This document shows positions 24,978 to 39,801 of a DNA stretch of 64,000 nucleotides, in pieces. The first letter of the stretch is position 1; every line of letters starts with the position of its first letter. This stretch comes from Octopus vulgaris (taxonomy: Eukaryota), in NCBI GenBank assembly GCA_951406725.2, contig OX597828.1, positions 75,888,001 through 75,952,000 of the forward strand, in the 5' to 3' direction. The notes under the pieces were generated by a model. The model was not told the origin of the DNA. It saw only the letters and a program-made list of their open reading frames with translations, and did no database searches. The translations under genes were made by a program, and so were the position numbers.

Positions 24978-26380
24978 GGTGAGGAATCAGACAGAGAGCG
25001 TAATAGGGGAGGAGCAACGTGGTTTTAGTTGTGGAAGTGGGTGTACAGATCAAATATATGTAGTAAGACAGATGTGTGAGAAGTTTTTTGGCAAAAGGGT
25101 GGGAGATCTGTTGGGCCATATGAACCTAGAGAAGGCATATGACCGAGTGGGTGTGGATGCAATGTGTCAGGTGTTGTGGTTCTGTGGTAGATTGTTGAGA
25201 GCTGTTCATTGTTTTCTATAGAGAAAGTAGGGCGTGCGTTAGGTTGGGTGGTGAAGTGAGTGGTTTGATGTGAAGGTGGATTTAAGACTGGGTTGCGTGA
25301 TGTATTCGGAGCTGTTTAATTTATATATGGATGGTGTGGCGAGAGAGATAAATACTAGAGCCCTTGGTAGGGAAGCCCGAATGGTGGGAGAAAACGGTGA
25401 GAAACGTCAGGTGAGTCAGTTGTTGTTTGCTGATGGTATCATCAGCACTGGTATGAAACTTTAGCACACCGGGTGACATGCTTAGCGGTATTTTGTCTGC
25501 CGCTACATTCTGAGTTCAAATTCCGTCCAGGTCGACTTTGCCTTTCACCCTTTCGGGGTCGATTAAATAAGTACCATTAACGTACTGGGGTCGATTAAAT
25601 AAGTACCATTAACGCACTGGGGTCGATGTAACCGACTTAATCCGTTTGTCTGTCCTTGTTTGTCTCTTCTGTGTTTAGCCCCTTGTGGGTAGTAAAGAAA
25701 TAGGTATCATCAGCACTGGTGGCGGATTTGGAAGAGCAACTGAGGAGACTGGTGGTAGAGTTTGGAAGAGTGTGTGAGAGGAGGAAACTGAAAGTGAGTG
25801 TAGCTAAGGGTAAGATGATGAGATGTTCGAGAGATGGAATGTTGGTAGGATGGATGTGAGTGTAAATGGTAAGATGTTAGAGGAGGTGTGTGTGTTTTGG
25901 TATCTGGGATCACATGTCACGGCGGATGGGGATGTTGGCTGATGATGGAGGGGAGTCAGATATTTGGAGTCGTGAAAGGAATGCTGAGAGATGAAAGGTT
26001 GAGTATGAAAGCGAAAATTGGTTTGTGTGACGGCGTGAGTGTGGCGACAATGTTATATGGTGCAGAGACGTGGGGGCTGAGAGATTCGGAAAGAAGGTGA
26101 GTAGATGTGTTTGAGATGAGATGTCTGAGAACTGTGTTTGGTGTGACACGGATGGTCGGGGCTAGGATTGTGGTTAGAGCAGTGGTTAGAGGTGTTTGAG
26201 TGAGAGAGGCAAGAGAGTTTATAAATGATAGGAAAGCTTGGAGAGTGTTTGTAGACGGATGAGTGAATTTGATGTTGTTCAAAGGGGTACGGAACCAGCA
26301 TGATGCGGTGGGGTTAAATCAGCATATGCTGTCGGACCCCGCTGCTGATATAGGGGGTTGCGTTTTATGCCTTCACTCGA

Positions 26381-26382
<2 letters not shown>
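24978..26382 (+). mobile_element. RTE-clade LINE, 5'-truncated, reverse transcriptase pseudogene
   Basis: IGEEQRGF..G.GCTDQIYVVRQMCEK, NLEKAYDRV, LRLGCVMYSELFNLYMDGV, QLLFAD, TMLYGAETW, VFEMRCLR; frameshifts and stops present. Confidence 0.9.
25453..25702 (+). mobile_element. SINE family C inserted in the RTE RT with an 18-bp TSD
   Basis: ggtatcatcagcactggt at 25435-25452 and 25703-25720; body ttctgagttcaaattccgtccaggtcgactttgcctttcaccctttcggggtcgat. Confidence 0.92.
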
Positions 26383-26454
<72 letters not shown>

Positions 26455-27159
26455 GTATATAGCTACATATTCCGAAAATCTAAGTGGACATAGGACACTA
26501 AGTACTTTATCCAGAAACAAAAAGCTTACACTATATAGAACCCATTAATCTAGCGTCAGCCAACTGCCTTTACTTAAAGTGTGATGTGTCATGGTTGTGG
26601 TGATTTAAATTACAATAATATTTTATTGCCATTTTATGGCGCTCAGAACTATAAAATAAAATTGTGACAGCAGTGGGATACGAACTTATAAGAGACGTAA
26701 TTAAGCACCACCACGCAGCTTTTCAGGAAAGCTACCTATTCTACCGTTTAATAGACCTGGTATTAGAAATAATGATATAAATTGATGTAACATATCGGTT
26801 TGTATGAAGACAATGCTTATGATAATGTCGTATTTATAAGGTGAGCCATGGAAACAATTTCTGTAGAAGACAATTATAACAAACGGAAAATACTCTTCGC
26901 CAAAAATAGAGATTGACAATAGAAAGTTGTAAAAACAAAAAAGGAATGAATGTTGGCGAAGACTGTAACAGAGAAATATTCAACATTATTTCCTTCATGG
27001 ATATTAGTCGTACCAGTGAGATACTCTGGGTTGCTATATATAACTGCGAGCTGGTGTACGTGGAGATTTTGTAGCTTGTTCTATCATGGTCGCCTGCCGA
27101 ACGATGCACCTTTACTAATACCTACAGGCGCTGACAGTACATTTCGAGAGTTTACATAA

Positions 27160-27268
27160 TATTCGTTTCTACTCGAGGCACAAGGCCCGAAATTTTGGGG
27201 GAGGGGCCAGTCGATTAGATCGACTCCAGTACGCACCTGGTACTTAATTTATCAACCTCCGAAAGGAC
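27160..27268 (-). mobile_element. SINE family C 3' fragment
   Basis: tttctactcgaggcacaaggcccgaaattttgggggaggggccagtcgattagatcgac. Confidence 0.8.
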
Positions 27269-27608
27269 GAGACACACAGAACACATGTATCTGTGTGTGT
27301 GTGTGTGTGTGTGTGTGTTTGTGTGTATGTGTGTATGTGTGCGTGTGTGTATCATACTCATTATAGTTTTATTGCTTCTGATGTTATTGTTGTGGATGAT
27401 GTATCGTTCTGTTGTTTGGTTTTTCAATTATTCAAATAGTCTCAAATTTCAAACACATCATTTCCAGCTTCACAAATTCTTCTTTGTATATTGATTGAGG
27501 TAGGAACCACTTTCTAAAAGAGGGAAAAAAAAGCCAAACACACACACAAACATGTTCCCCGGAATACTTTTCTTTCGGAATTAATTACACATTATTAGAG
27601 ACCCAGTA

Positions 27609-27649
<41 letters not shown>

Positions 27650-27734
27650 ATAGTTTCAAATATTCACACAAGGTCAGCAATTTTGAGGAAGGCAGTCGAC
27701 TACACAAACCCCAAAGTTCAACGCTCTCACAAAT

Positions 27735-28314
27735 GGGGGGGGGGATTAGGAGGATAGAAATTGGGGTTGATGAAGTCGTGGAAATTCCCTGAATACCACC
27801 TTTGACTCTTTCTAGTTCTATGAACCAGAGCAAATCTTGCTGCCACACATATGACCACCAGGCAACAATCCTCTCCAGCCAGGGATTCATCACAATCTCC
27901 AGCAGCTTCACGTATTTGTCGGAATTGAGCCTAAGGCACTGTTCGAAGATGTGAGTATAATTCCAGATGTGCGTATGCAGTCAGAACACCTTCATCCCTT
28001 CCTGCTGGCCACCACTTCCTAGATTGCGTTGCAACAGTTCATGTCACATCTTTATAGCCTTTACAGTTTTCACAGATCATTGAGCATTAGGCATGGTCTG
28101 GGCATTTCGATACCCGACACGAATCATTTATTGTACAGTTAACTCTTTTCTAAAATTCAAATGATCTCCAGTCTTCCATGTCAGCTAAGTTGTTTTTTTT
28201 TCAGCCCCAAAATTAATTTTTTTGTTCTCCACAGTGGTTGGCTGATCACCCATTCATTAAGCTATTACTGGGAAAAAGTAAAGAAAAATACTATGAAATT
28301 TAGCTCATACCCTG
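27735..28314 (-). mobile_element. Tc1/mariner (maT/DD37D-like) remnant
   Basis: Terminus TA|CAGGGT at 28316-28309; minus-strand peptide HIFEQCLRLNSDKYVKLLEIVMNPWLERIV...YVWQQD, then (frameshifted) KSQRWYSGNFHDFINPNFYPPNPP, resembling the QQD.AP and WPP.SPD motifs. Confidence 0.75.
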
Positions 28315-28659
28315 TAAATAACGACGCTAAAGTTCAATAATGCTGCTAGAACTAAGTATTCTCTAGAAACAGCGACGCTATAGTTCAAGAATGAAAGAAT
28401 AGAAGACATCGGCAAGCTAAAAAGGAAGAAATTCATATTCGGTTAAAACATTCGCTGTAAGTGTATACATTATTTAAATGAATATACGTTATACACTTTG
28501 GAGATAAATAGTTGGATTCGTGTAATTACATCTCTGCACGAAAGGAATTATTCATTTCGCCTCTGTAGACTGACACTTAATTTGCATATTGAAGTCTTTC
28601 TCACGCGGTTCAATAAGTTCGAAGAGAGATTTGTCTGTGCGAGAATTATCGATTATTTC

Positions 28660-28874
28660 TATACATACATACATCCACACACATATATGACACACAATCA
28701 CATATATTATATGACACTCAATCACATATAAAAACATAAGTATGTATACACACACACAAACACACATATATATATAACACACTCAAATATAAATATATAC
28801 ATATGTATGTATATTATATATATATGTATGTGTATATATGTATATATATATATATATGTGTGTGTGTGTATGTG

Positions 28875-28911
<37 letters not shown>

Positions 28912-29255
28912 CACATACATATAAATGCATACATATGTATGTATATACATATATACATTCATATATATATAAATACATATATACGTATAATTATGTATAT
29001 ATACATGCGGGTTTGAATATAAATGTATATATGTATATATATGTGTGTGTGTGTGTGTGTGCCTGTGCATGTGCATATGTAGATAGACATAAGTATATAG
29101 GTATATGTGTGCATATATAGATATATATGTGTGTGTGTATTTATATATATAAATATATGTGTGTGTATATATATATATATAAATATATATATAAAGATAG
29201 ATATGTGTGTATGTATATAGATACATATGTGTATGTGTGTGTGTGTGTGTATGCA
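28660..29255. repeat. Compound (TA)/(TG) microsatellite
   Basis: Seen directly. Confidence 0.9.
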
Positions 29256-29257
29256 TA

Positions 29258-30370
<1,113 letters not shown>

Positions 30371-30384
30371 CAGAATGCCTTTGC

Positions 30385-30483
30385 ATTTTGTCTCTTTTAC
30401 CGAGCCGCTTCACGTCTGAGACGTAACGAAACCATTTCCGGTCGTCAGGACCTGGTCGCCGTAGGGGGTGGAGCGATAATAAT

Positions 30484-30517
<34 letters not shown>

Positions 30518-30620
30518 GTGCGATGGGCTTCTACTCAGTTTCCCGCTACTGAATTCTACTCCCATAGCATTGGTCGACCCGGAGCTATAGTTAAAGACAC
30601 TTGCCCAAGATGCAGCGCAT
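30385..30620 (-). mobile_element. SINE family A, diverged
   Basis: gtctcttttaccgagccgct...gatgggcttct...ggtcgacccggagctatagttaaagacacttgcccaag. Confidence 0.7.
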
Positions 30621-31270
30621 GTATACATATATGTGTGTATGTGAGTGTGACAACACACACTTACACACATACACACACACACACTTTCACACACACACTT
30701 ACACACACTTACACACTCACACTTACACACACACACACACGCGCGCGCGCGCGTATCTATTAACGTACAAAGATATTAGCATCAGTGCATGATTGAAAGT
30801 GTTTTATTAATTGCCTAAAATAAATATAATCACAGGATTTGACTAAATTTCCATAAATTACTTTGAAAATATGCTGCCAAGAGCAGTTTGTTCTAAAATG
30901 TTGATTCCTTCAGAATTCTTAGATCCAAATCTTCCTCAAGATTGTCCAATTTGAGCTTCAGAAAATTTCACAAACTGAAGCCAAAAACTATTGAAAGAAA
31001 AATAAATGTTTCTCTTGTTTGTATAATTTTTTATGGTAAATTGCTATTTTACCAAAATAGTATACTATTTTGCATAATTACCGTAAACTAATTAATTTTC
31101 TAATCAATGAACTTTCCCAATGTCTTTGGTAGTGCTAGGACATATAAATATTCTTGGTTTGTGTGTTATGAGATATAAAGGGGGTAATTCGCCCAAAGTA
31201 CTTAAAACCCATGGATGTCATACTTTCTCAATTTCTGGTTACCCAGGTTCAAAACTCTTCTCTACATCTT

Positions 31271-31390
<120 letters not shown>

Positions 31391-31409
31391 TTTTCGTCTA
31401 CACAAGTTG

Positions 31410-31820
31410 AAATGCATTAACTGTCGGATTTCTCAAAGACGACAAATTACTGAAGCGCGGATGGCTAGAATTTCAGCCATGAAACTTGCTGAATAGTTTA
31501 ATGTTTTAGAGAGATCCAGTCTCTAAAACCATGTTGGAATTTCAAAATAAAGTTAAAAACGAACTTTGGGCAAATAACATCCAGGCTGGAAGGCAAAACT
31601 CGGTGAGAAAGTCCACAGAGCAAGGGAACGTATTGTTTGTAAAAACCATGGAAATATGGCAACAAAATGTGACATCAGATCTAAACAACCGTCTTGTTGA
31701 ACCTGTGTCGACGAAAATAATTCGTCGTGAGCTCCTCAAGGCTAGATACCTTGGAAAGGTTACAATTACTAAACCTATTCTGACCCCTATAAATATTGGT
31801 AAGCGGAAAATGGTGCCTAG
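31410..31820 (+). mobile_element. Tc1-like transposase N-terminal remnant
   Basis: QRRQITEARMARISAMKLAE and NVTSDLNNRLVEPVSTKIIRRELLKARYLGKVTITKPILT, resembling the paired HTH region of Tc1 transposases; stops and frameshifts. Confidence 0.75.
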
Positions 31821-32009
31821 AATATATCAGCAGGCTATGGACAAAGCGTTGCATAGCACTGAATCAACTTTTGAAACGCAATCAGCTATAAAACTAGTGG
31901 AATAGCAGACGTTTAGACAACCAGAAACTGACTGCACCTATATAACTTAACCTTCCTCTATGGGGAAGTTCTAACAGGAACTATGGGTCCTTCACTCCCA
32001 GTCGATCCC

Positions 32010-32155
32010 ATGCAGTTAACCCATAGCTGAGATACTATCAAGTTGTACTACTCAGGAAACAATAGTGGCTAAGTGCTGATTCTATCCTCTTGAAAAACCT
32101 GGCACTTCCGTACACGAGCTCCATCACCGTTTGAAGGATGAAGTCATACCCAAGA
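32010..32155 (-). mobile_element. Second copy of the repeat at about 24825-24975
   Basis: Shared, colinear blocks gttaacccat, aacaatagtggctaag and agtcata.cca.gac. Confidence 0.6.
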
Positions 32156-34284
32156 CATACACACATACACACATACGCACATACACACACACATACATAC
32201 ATACATACATACATACATACATACATACATACATACATGCATGCATACACCCATGTGTGTTAATGCGTGCGTGTGCTTTCTCGATGCGTAGGTGCGATGA
32301 CTAAAATAGTTTGCACTGGTAATAATTAGCCAATAATGTTATTGCAGATGAATGTTCACCAACGTTGCCGGAAACAGCTGATTAAAAAAAATAAAAGTAT
32401 ATACTAGAACCTACCACAACCATTCGTTCTAGAAGAATAAAACGTGCTAATACACTCCGAAACATCATTTGCTTTATATTACAATCCACGAGGTACATAC
32501 TGGTACACAAACAATACAGAATCCTCACAAAGATACACGGCATCGTTGCAATTAAATTCCTTCGTCAAGTTGAATAACCCACTTTATATATTCTCTTATA
32601 AATCTTTCTAAACATCATTGTGGTTTCCACACACCTACATACTACGTAAAAACAAACAGCAGGTAACTATCTTCCTATCTTCATCGGAAAATCAACAATG
32701 CAACCTCAAAAACAACAAAAAATTAGTTTCTAATTTCTTATACATCAGCTGTAGAGAAAGAATTACAACCAAAATGCCACAATCACCAGCGTAGTTAATA
32801 CAACAAAATATTTATAGACGCTTAAAAAATAAACATGTTCCTGAAGACCAGAGGAAAACATGAACAAAAAAGTTAACTCTAATTACGTAAATGAAATAAA
32901 CCAGTCTAATAAAGTAGGAGGGACATCGTGAAATACATCAACACCACAATCAATTGAAATAGAACATGGCCGCGAGCAGCTTCACCGAGAAAAACTAAAA
33001 CAAAAGCGGGGAAAACTGGCAAACATTTGTTTCCAGCAAAACTACAAAAGATTGTGTAAAACATTATATAAAGTAATTAGCACCATCAACATCATCATGA
33101 ACAACAACAACAAGAACAACAACAACAACAACTACTACTACTACTACTACTACTACTATAACGCCAACTACTGTGGTTTCATTGCATCAACTACAAAATA
33201 ATGGTGAAACCTCAAGAACTTCATGTGAACAACAAGAAATAAAAGTCAGCCTTCCTAAAATTGCATGAAACTATAATGAAGAATGTGGAAACACTCGGAT
33301 AACAGAGCCTTAGAATGATGGGTGACCTTGAATGGAAAGGTTTTTATCATCATTCAGCTTATAAATATAGAGTTTTCTATTTAGCTGTAGTAAATATAAC
33401 TTCAAGTAATATACCCGCCCCCGAGTTTATTACAGGGAGTAACCAACCTCTACATAAATAGAGTACCCCAAAATATTTAGATGTCCATGTAAAACTACAA
33501 AACTGACCCCTTCAAGAGGATCTTTTATTGTCTCTGACCCTGTTACAAGTAAAAGCCAAATACGTGTCACATCACAATCTATTGTCTTGAAAAGATATTA
33601 GATAATGTAGTCATAGACATCTCTAAAAAATATGGGATAGCCACGGATGGAATGCCTTTGATCATAGTTCTTCTGCATTAGAAATGTCCTGGGGACAAAT
33701 ACCGACAACAATCTGACTACTTTCTCTCTATTTTTCTTCGGATCCCCTACAGGGTGTCGCGGACCGACGGAAAACCAAACGTAATTCACCTAAAACTTCT
33801 ATAACGCCCAGGATTTTTCCTCTCACAAATTTCTCCGACATCTCATGTCAAGGATCCACAAAGGAGCCTATATATGTCTTCTTCAACTCCGAGTAATAAC
33901 AACCAACTCTCCCTCAAATCACAGGGAATGAGGGAAAGACCCACATGATATTTCAGTCTAAGTTACCTTCTCAGTCGCCGGTGAAGTTATGGCTGGAATG
34001 CCTTTCACCAATATTGCCTGATGCCTGATGTCTGAAAATTTAGTAAAATTATAAAATCTACTATCAGCTGGTGGATTTAGTCTTTTGTGCTAAGTGTTAT
34101 TAATGGCGATGTTAATGGCGAGACAGCAGAGCTGTCGGCGAAAAGATTCGAACTGCGGTTCGGCGTATCGACAGTATTCACATTTTCCTTCACTTTTACT
34201 CTCTCGATATTAAGTTCAGTCAAGTACTACTTATTCACTCCTGCTTTCCTCACACACATATACGCATAGAGGCAGAGAATGGGA

Positions 34285-34359
<75 letters not shown>

Positions 34360-36058
34360 AACACGATATTTTCCATAATCCGACCCTGGATAATTTTGAC
34401 TGAGCCTGTACAAAATTTCTCTGTAGTCTGTCTTTGAGATAATATTTTACTGACGGAAAAAAGTATTTCTGTCTGTGAATTGCAGAGATAAAAGAACAAG
34501 CGAACATATTGAATAGAGAAACGTGCACAGACATACTTAAATACTCAAATACTCAAACACACGAATACACACACAAAATCATACAGTAAAATGCCATGCA
34601 AATCTACCCAAATCAACTAATCCCTATCTCTTGTCTACGGTTTAGACTTTTCTTGATCCTAAACCGCATCTGAGTAAAACAGAGGCTGGTTAAATGTTTG
34701 TGATAATTCCAAAACCACCATATTGCCCATCTTCTTACCAAAGAATTCTTTCCACTTCGATCAACAATTTTCTGTTCAAAGTTTCACATGATTGGCAGAG
34801 ATTTGTTTGGTGCTAAAGTTAATGTCTATAGCAGACATATAGAGAAAGAGAGGAGGAGAGGAAGAGATGATAGAGAGAGAGAGAGAGAGAGAGAGAGTGG
34901 GGGTAGATCTCCAAGATGATTTTCATAGAGATTACATTGATATTGTCTAGGTAAAAATTCGATAAAGGATGTAAGTGGATTAAGTTACAGATTAATTGTT
35001 AAGCGTCTAATGCAGGATCGCTAATCCGTTCGGTAAAGTATTGTAGATTTGTCGTTTATGTTTTCAGTGCGTTTGTGTCTGTGTTTTTTACATTTATTTT
35101 TTCGATTTTGTAGGAGGGTGTTTTTCTTTTATCTTTGGCTTTACTTGATTCTCTCTGACAAAATTATTGCTGTTAGCAAAGATAAAAGGGAAAGAAATGG
35201 CTGAAACTGAAGGTCTGCTCACTGAAATGTCTAATATAACCAATTCTGTATCTTCACTGATTTGTGTTCAAATCTCTCTCTATCCCTTTTTGGTTTCAAG
35301 AAACAGAATATTAATGCAACACATCAATAAGCATTTATGGTCAAATATCGATTAAAATGGCTGTATACTCATTTCATTTGTGCTCGATCCAAAAAAAGGT
35401 ATCTAGAAATAGCGACCGAATTTGCCTCAATCCACATAATCATGTTAAAAGAAAACAACACTTTAAATAGTAGAATGTATGATACGTCATGCTATAAAAA
35501 GAAAAAGAGGAAAAGAAATGACATTAGGAGAGTCACGCAGGAATTTTTGTTTTTTATTGTAGGACGGTTACGTTGGAACCGACAAGATTAACAGCAACAG
35601 CAACAAATGTTTATTTCTACTAACGTACCACCATCACCACCACCATCTTCGTCTTATTTTTCGTGATTCTTCTCCTAATTATCTGGCAGTTATAGGGCTG
35701 TATAGGGTTCTCCGAAGTATTGTGTTCAAATGTGCCCGAAGACATCCTTAAAATCAAATCTCTTGCGTAGTGGGGTCGACACTATCAAATTAAATCTCAC
35801 CTCACGATACCTGTTCTTGTACCTATGTTTGCAATTAATAGCATTATTACTGTACTGGGCAAATGTAATTGGAGGGTAGAATCCTTAGGGCCTAGAACAC
35901 AATGTCTTGCAGTTTATCTTCCGGCTTTTTACGTTCTCGGTTCAACTTTGCCTCTCATAGCTCCCAGATAGCTAAGTACCAGTCACATACTGGAGTCAAT
36001 TGCATTTACTGACATTAATTCTCTTCCGTGAAAATTGCTAGACTATTACCAAAATGGG

Positions 36059-36368
36059 GGCGCAATGGCCCAGTGGTTAGGGCAGCGGACTCTTGGTCGG
36101 AGGATCGCGGTTTCGATTCCCAGACCGGGCGTTGTGTGTTTATTGAGCGAAAACATCTAAAAGCTCCACGAGGCTCTGGCAGGGGTGGGTGGTGACCCCT
36201 GTTGTACTCTTTCACCACAATTTTCTCTCACTCTCTCTTCATGTTTCTTGAGTAACGCTGCGATGGACTGGCGTCCCGTCCAGCTGGGGGGGGAACACAT
36301 ATGCAACAGAGACCGGGAAACCGGGCCCATGGGCCTGGCTAGGATTGAAAACGGCGACGTTTTATTAC
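36059..36368 (+). mobile_element. SINE group B, head 1 + tail 3 variant
   Basis: ggcgcaatggcccagtggttagggcagcggactc...gagtaacgctgcgatggactggcgtcccgtccagctgggg. Confidence 0.9.
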
Positions 36369-37125
36369 CAAAATAAATAAACAAATAAAAACAATTATTA
36401 CTGTCATGACTGATGCAACTGGAAAATGATTGTCGAAATAACACCCAATACTTTAGTTACATTTATGCTCTGAGTTCAATTCACAACGAGCTTAACTTTA
36501 CATTTAATCTCACCAAGACCGATATTTAACATTCATAGTCGTTACTGGTTTTTTTAAACATTTTTTTCTCCCAGACAGCACTGTTCGAGCAGACCTAAGG
36601 TGTTATCCGAGGTGTTTAGGGATTTATATTGGAATATAATACCATTTCTCAAGGCAGTAGCTGGAGATGAGTCCAATGAACATTAACTGGGTGTTTCAAG
36701 CAGGTCGATGAAGAATGTCATATTCCTGTTTGACTGGTTTACAATAGGTGCTGAATACTAAGGTCTCTGTTGCCTAGAATCTATGGTAACCATGGGCAAA
36801 GTGCTACAGTTTCTAAATCTGGACTTTTTGTAGTTGGACGAAACTTGGGTGTATGTTTGCAAGTTAAATGATTTCAATATTTAGGTTTGGCATATTGATG
36901 ACAAATGGTGTCGCTGTTCAGTAAATCAGAAGTCGCAGAAACTTCCCTGATTCCTAAAATACTTTCTCATATTTATCTTACGCTCAACACGAAATTATCG
37001 TGGCTACTTATCTTTTGTAAACAGATATCCAGATATCTATTAACATCTCCGGTATTGTTGCACTTACGACCACACAAGGTATTAATGAGAACTTTTATGT
37101 TTTCGCATGAGAAAATATTAGAAAC

Positions 37126-37181
<56 letters not shown>

Positions 37182-37182
37182 A

Positions 37183-37228
<46 letters not shown>

Positions 37229-38112
37229 CGTATGTGTGTGTATGTATGTATGTATGTATATATATATATATATGTATACATACATATGTAATATAAATAC
37301 TACAGCCACAGCTGAACTGTATAAAAGAATAATACACACACACATACACACACACACAACCACGCATATAGGTGTCTGTATGTATATCAATTATAAGCAT
37401 ACATGTGCATGTGTGTATACATGAACACACAGAGATACAGACGCACAAACACACACAAACACACACACATACACCTATCTATCCTTCCATCTGTCCATCA
37501 ATCTGCCAATATACCATTCTTTAGTCTGTCCAAATACGTCTCCAGTTTCAATGATAGCAACACACTGACTTCCGGTAGTATGTAATTCAACCAAATATTT
37601 TCTGGAGGACAGTGAATTATGGAATTAAGATAATTGATTCTGTGTCTTTTGTTATATGTCATTGCGGTGAAGTTCTACTGCATTTAACATCGTTAACAAT
37701 CGTTGTTCATGTGCATGTTACTGATGTTGTTGTCACTACCTTTGCTGTTGTTGTTTACTGGTGATGGAGTTGTCGTTGGTGGTGGAGACGACGGTGGTGA
37801 TCTCGTTATTGATGGCGATGGAGGCGCTGTTGTTATTGAAATCTTTACATCGAAGATAATATGCAAAAATGCTTATGAATATGATTAATTACGGGGAGAA
37901 ATTAAGCTTTCACAATATTTATTACATAATGCGTCAGTGGATTTGGCACATACACGCGCGCATGAATATGCGTATTTGAGAGTGCTTGTATGTATGTACA
38001 TATGTATGTATATATGTATGTATTTACGAATGTATGTGTATGTATACACACACACACATATATATATATATACACACACATATATATATATATTCCTATC
38101 CATAAATATGTG

Positions 38113-38162
<50 letters not shown>

Positions 38163-38188
38163 CATACATACATACATACATACATACA

Positions 38189-38222
<34 letters not shown>

Positions 38223-38543
38223 CATATATACATACATACATATGTTTACATTCATATATTTACAGGGAAAATAGAGAGAGAATGAGCAAAAGGGTGAATG
38301 GTGTGTGCTGAGTGATGTAGACAGCTAAATACTTATTACATATTATTTATGCATTGGCAGCATCATATCCGTTGCTAGCCACGCGCACGTACACGGGGAA
38401 TACACACACACACGCACACGCACGCTTGTAGAGAGAATCGTAGTAATATCTGCGTTGAACAAATCGTATTTCTAATTTTCTCTTTACGTTTATAATCTAT
38501 CAACTTTATACATGCATAAATGCATACATTACACACACACACA

Positions 38544-38590
<47 letters not shown>

Positions 38591-38627
38591 GCACGCACAC
38601 ACACACGCACACATACACGCACACGTG

Positions 38628-39175
38628 ACATCATCAGCGCCAAGCAGTGGTGGGGAATAAACGAACCTTTGTTTACTTAAAATATGTTTGTGACATATCT
38701 AATCTCCAAAGGCAAAATTTACTGTAGAAAAGTTTCTCTCCGATTGTAAAAAGTTTTAAAAATACCATATTTGCCCATCGCTTGTGACTATCGGATCTTC
38801 AGACAGCCGTTTCTGGCTCTTTCGCCTTCCCCAATAGGAAATACCGCAAAGAGATAACCCTAGGCAGATTCAAAGTCGTAGATTTACCTAAAAGTCTGTC
38901 AACACCGCCTGGTCTACATGAATGTAATAACATCAGTACCAAACAGTTACGAAGAATAAACGAACTTCAGTTGACATAAAATAGGTTTGTAACGTTTTTT
39001 GCGTTGTAAAGGCAAATTCATGCAGTTACTGCGGAGAAAATACTATCTGCTATGGCAACAAGTGTAAAAACATCATATATTCCAGTGCTTCTCTATGTCA
39101 GATTCCCAGACGCAGTGTGATAACCCGAAGCAGATTCAATTCCGTAGCTTTAACTAAAAACAGTCAACATCATTG
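38628..39175. repeat. Diverged tandem dimer (units of about 300 and 250 bp)
   Basis: Colinear shared blocks gaataaacgaac, taaaata.gtttgt, aaaggcaaa, gataaccc.a.gcagattcaa, cgtag.ttta.ctaaaa and gtcaaca. Confidence 0.75.
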
Positions 39176-39582
39176 ACTCTTTTACTTGTTTCAATCATGT
39201 GACTGCGGCCATGCTGGAGTACTGCTTTTAGTCGAGCAAATCGACCCCAGGACTTATTCTTTGTAAGCCTAGTACTTATTCTATCTTAATCTTTTGCCGA
39301 ACCGCTAAGTTACATCAACATCGATTTTCAAACGATGTTGGGGGGACAAACACAGACAAACATATACACATATACATATATATAAATATAAATATGAATA
39401 TATATATATACATATATACGATGGGCTTCTTTCAGTTTCCGTCTACCAAATCCACTCACAAGGCTTTGGTTGGCCCGAGGCTATAGTAGAAAACAATTGT
39501 CCAAGGTGCCACGCAGTGGGACTAAACCCGGAACCATGTGGTTGGTAAGCAAGCAACTTACCACACAGCTACTCCTATGCCT
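39176..39582 (-). mobile_element. SINE family A, full length
   Basis: actcttttacttgtttcaatc...ccacacagctactcctatgcct. Confidence 0.92.
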
Positions 39583-39588
39583 ATAGTG

Positions 39589-39633
<45 letters not shown>

Positions 39634-39801
39634 AAAGCAGGGAAAGCAATAATGGAAAGTGATTTTGCCCGATCAGTAACCGTATCTGGGCGTCTGAGTT
39701 CAGCTTAAAGAATAACATGGATGTCGCCACAGATGTTGACCATGCAATCCCATAGTTTTTTTCTCTTCGAATTCGCGAGACTACCAAGGAGAATATATAT
39801 A

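Noticed and set aside
26662-26690. tRNA 3'-half-like motif gttcgtatcccactgctgtcac on the minus strand
   Set aside because: No recognisable D arm or anticodon arm; too short to call.
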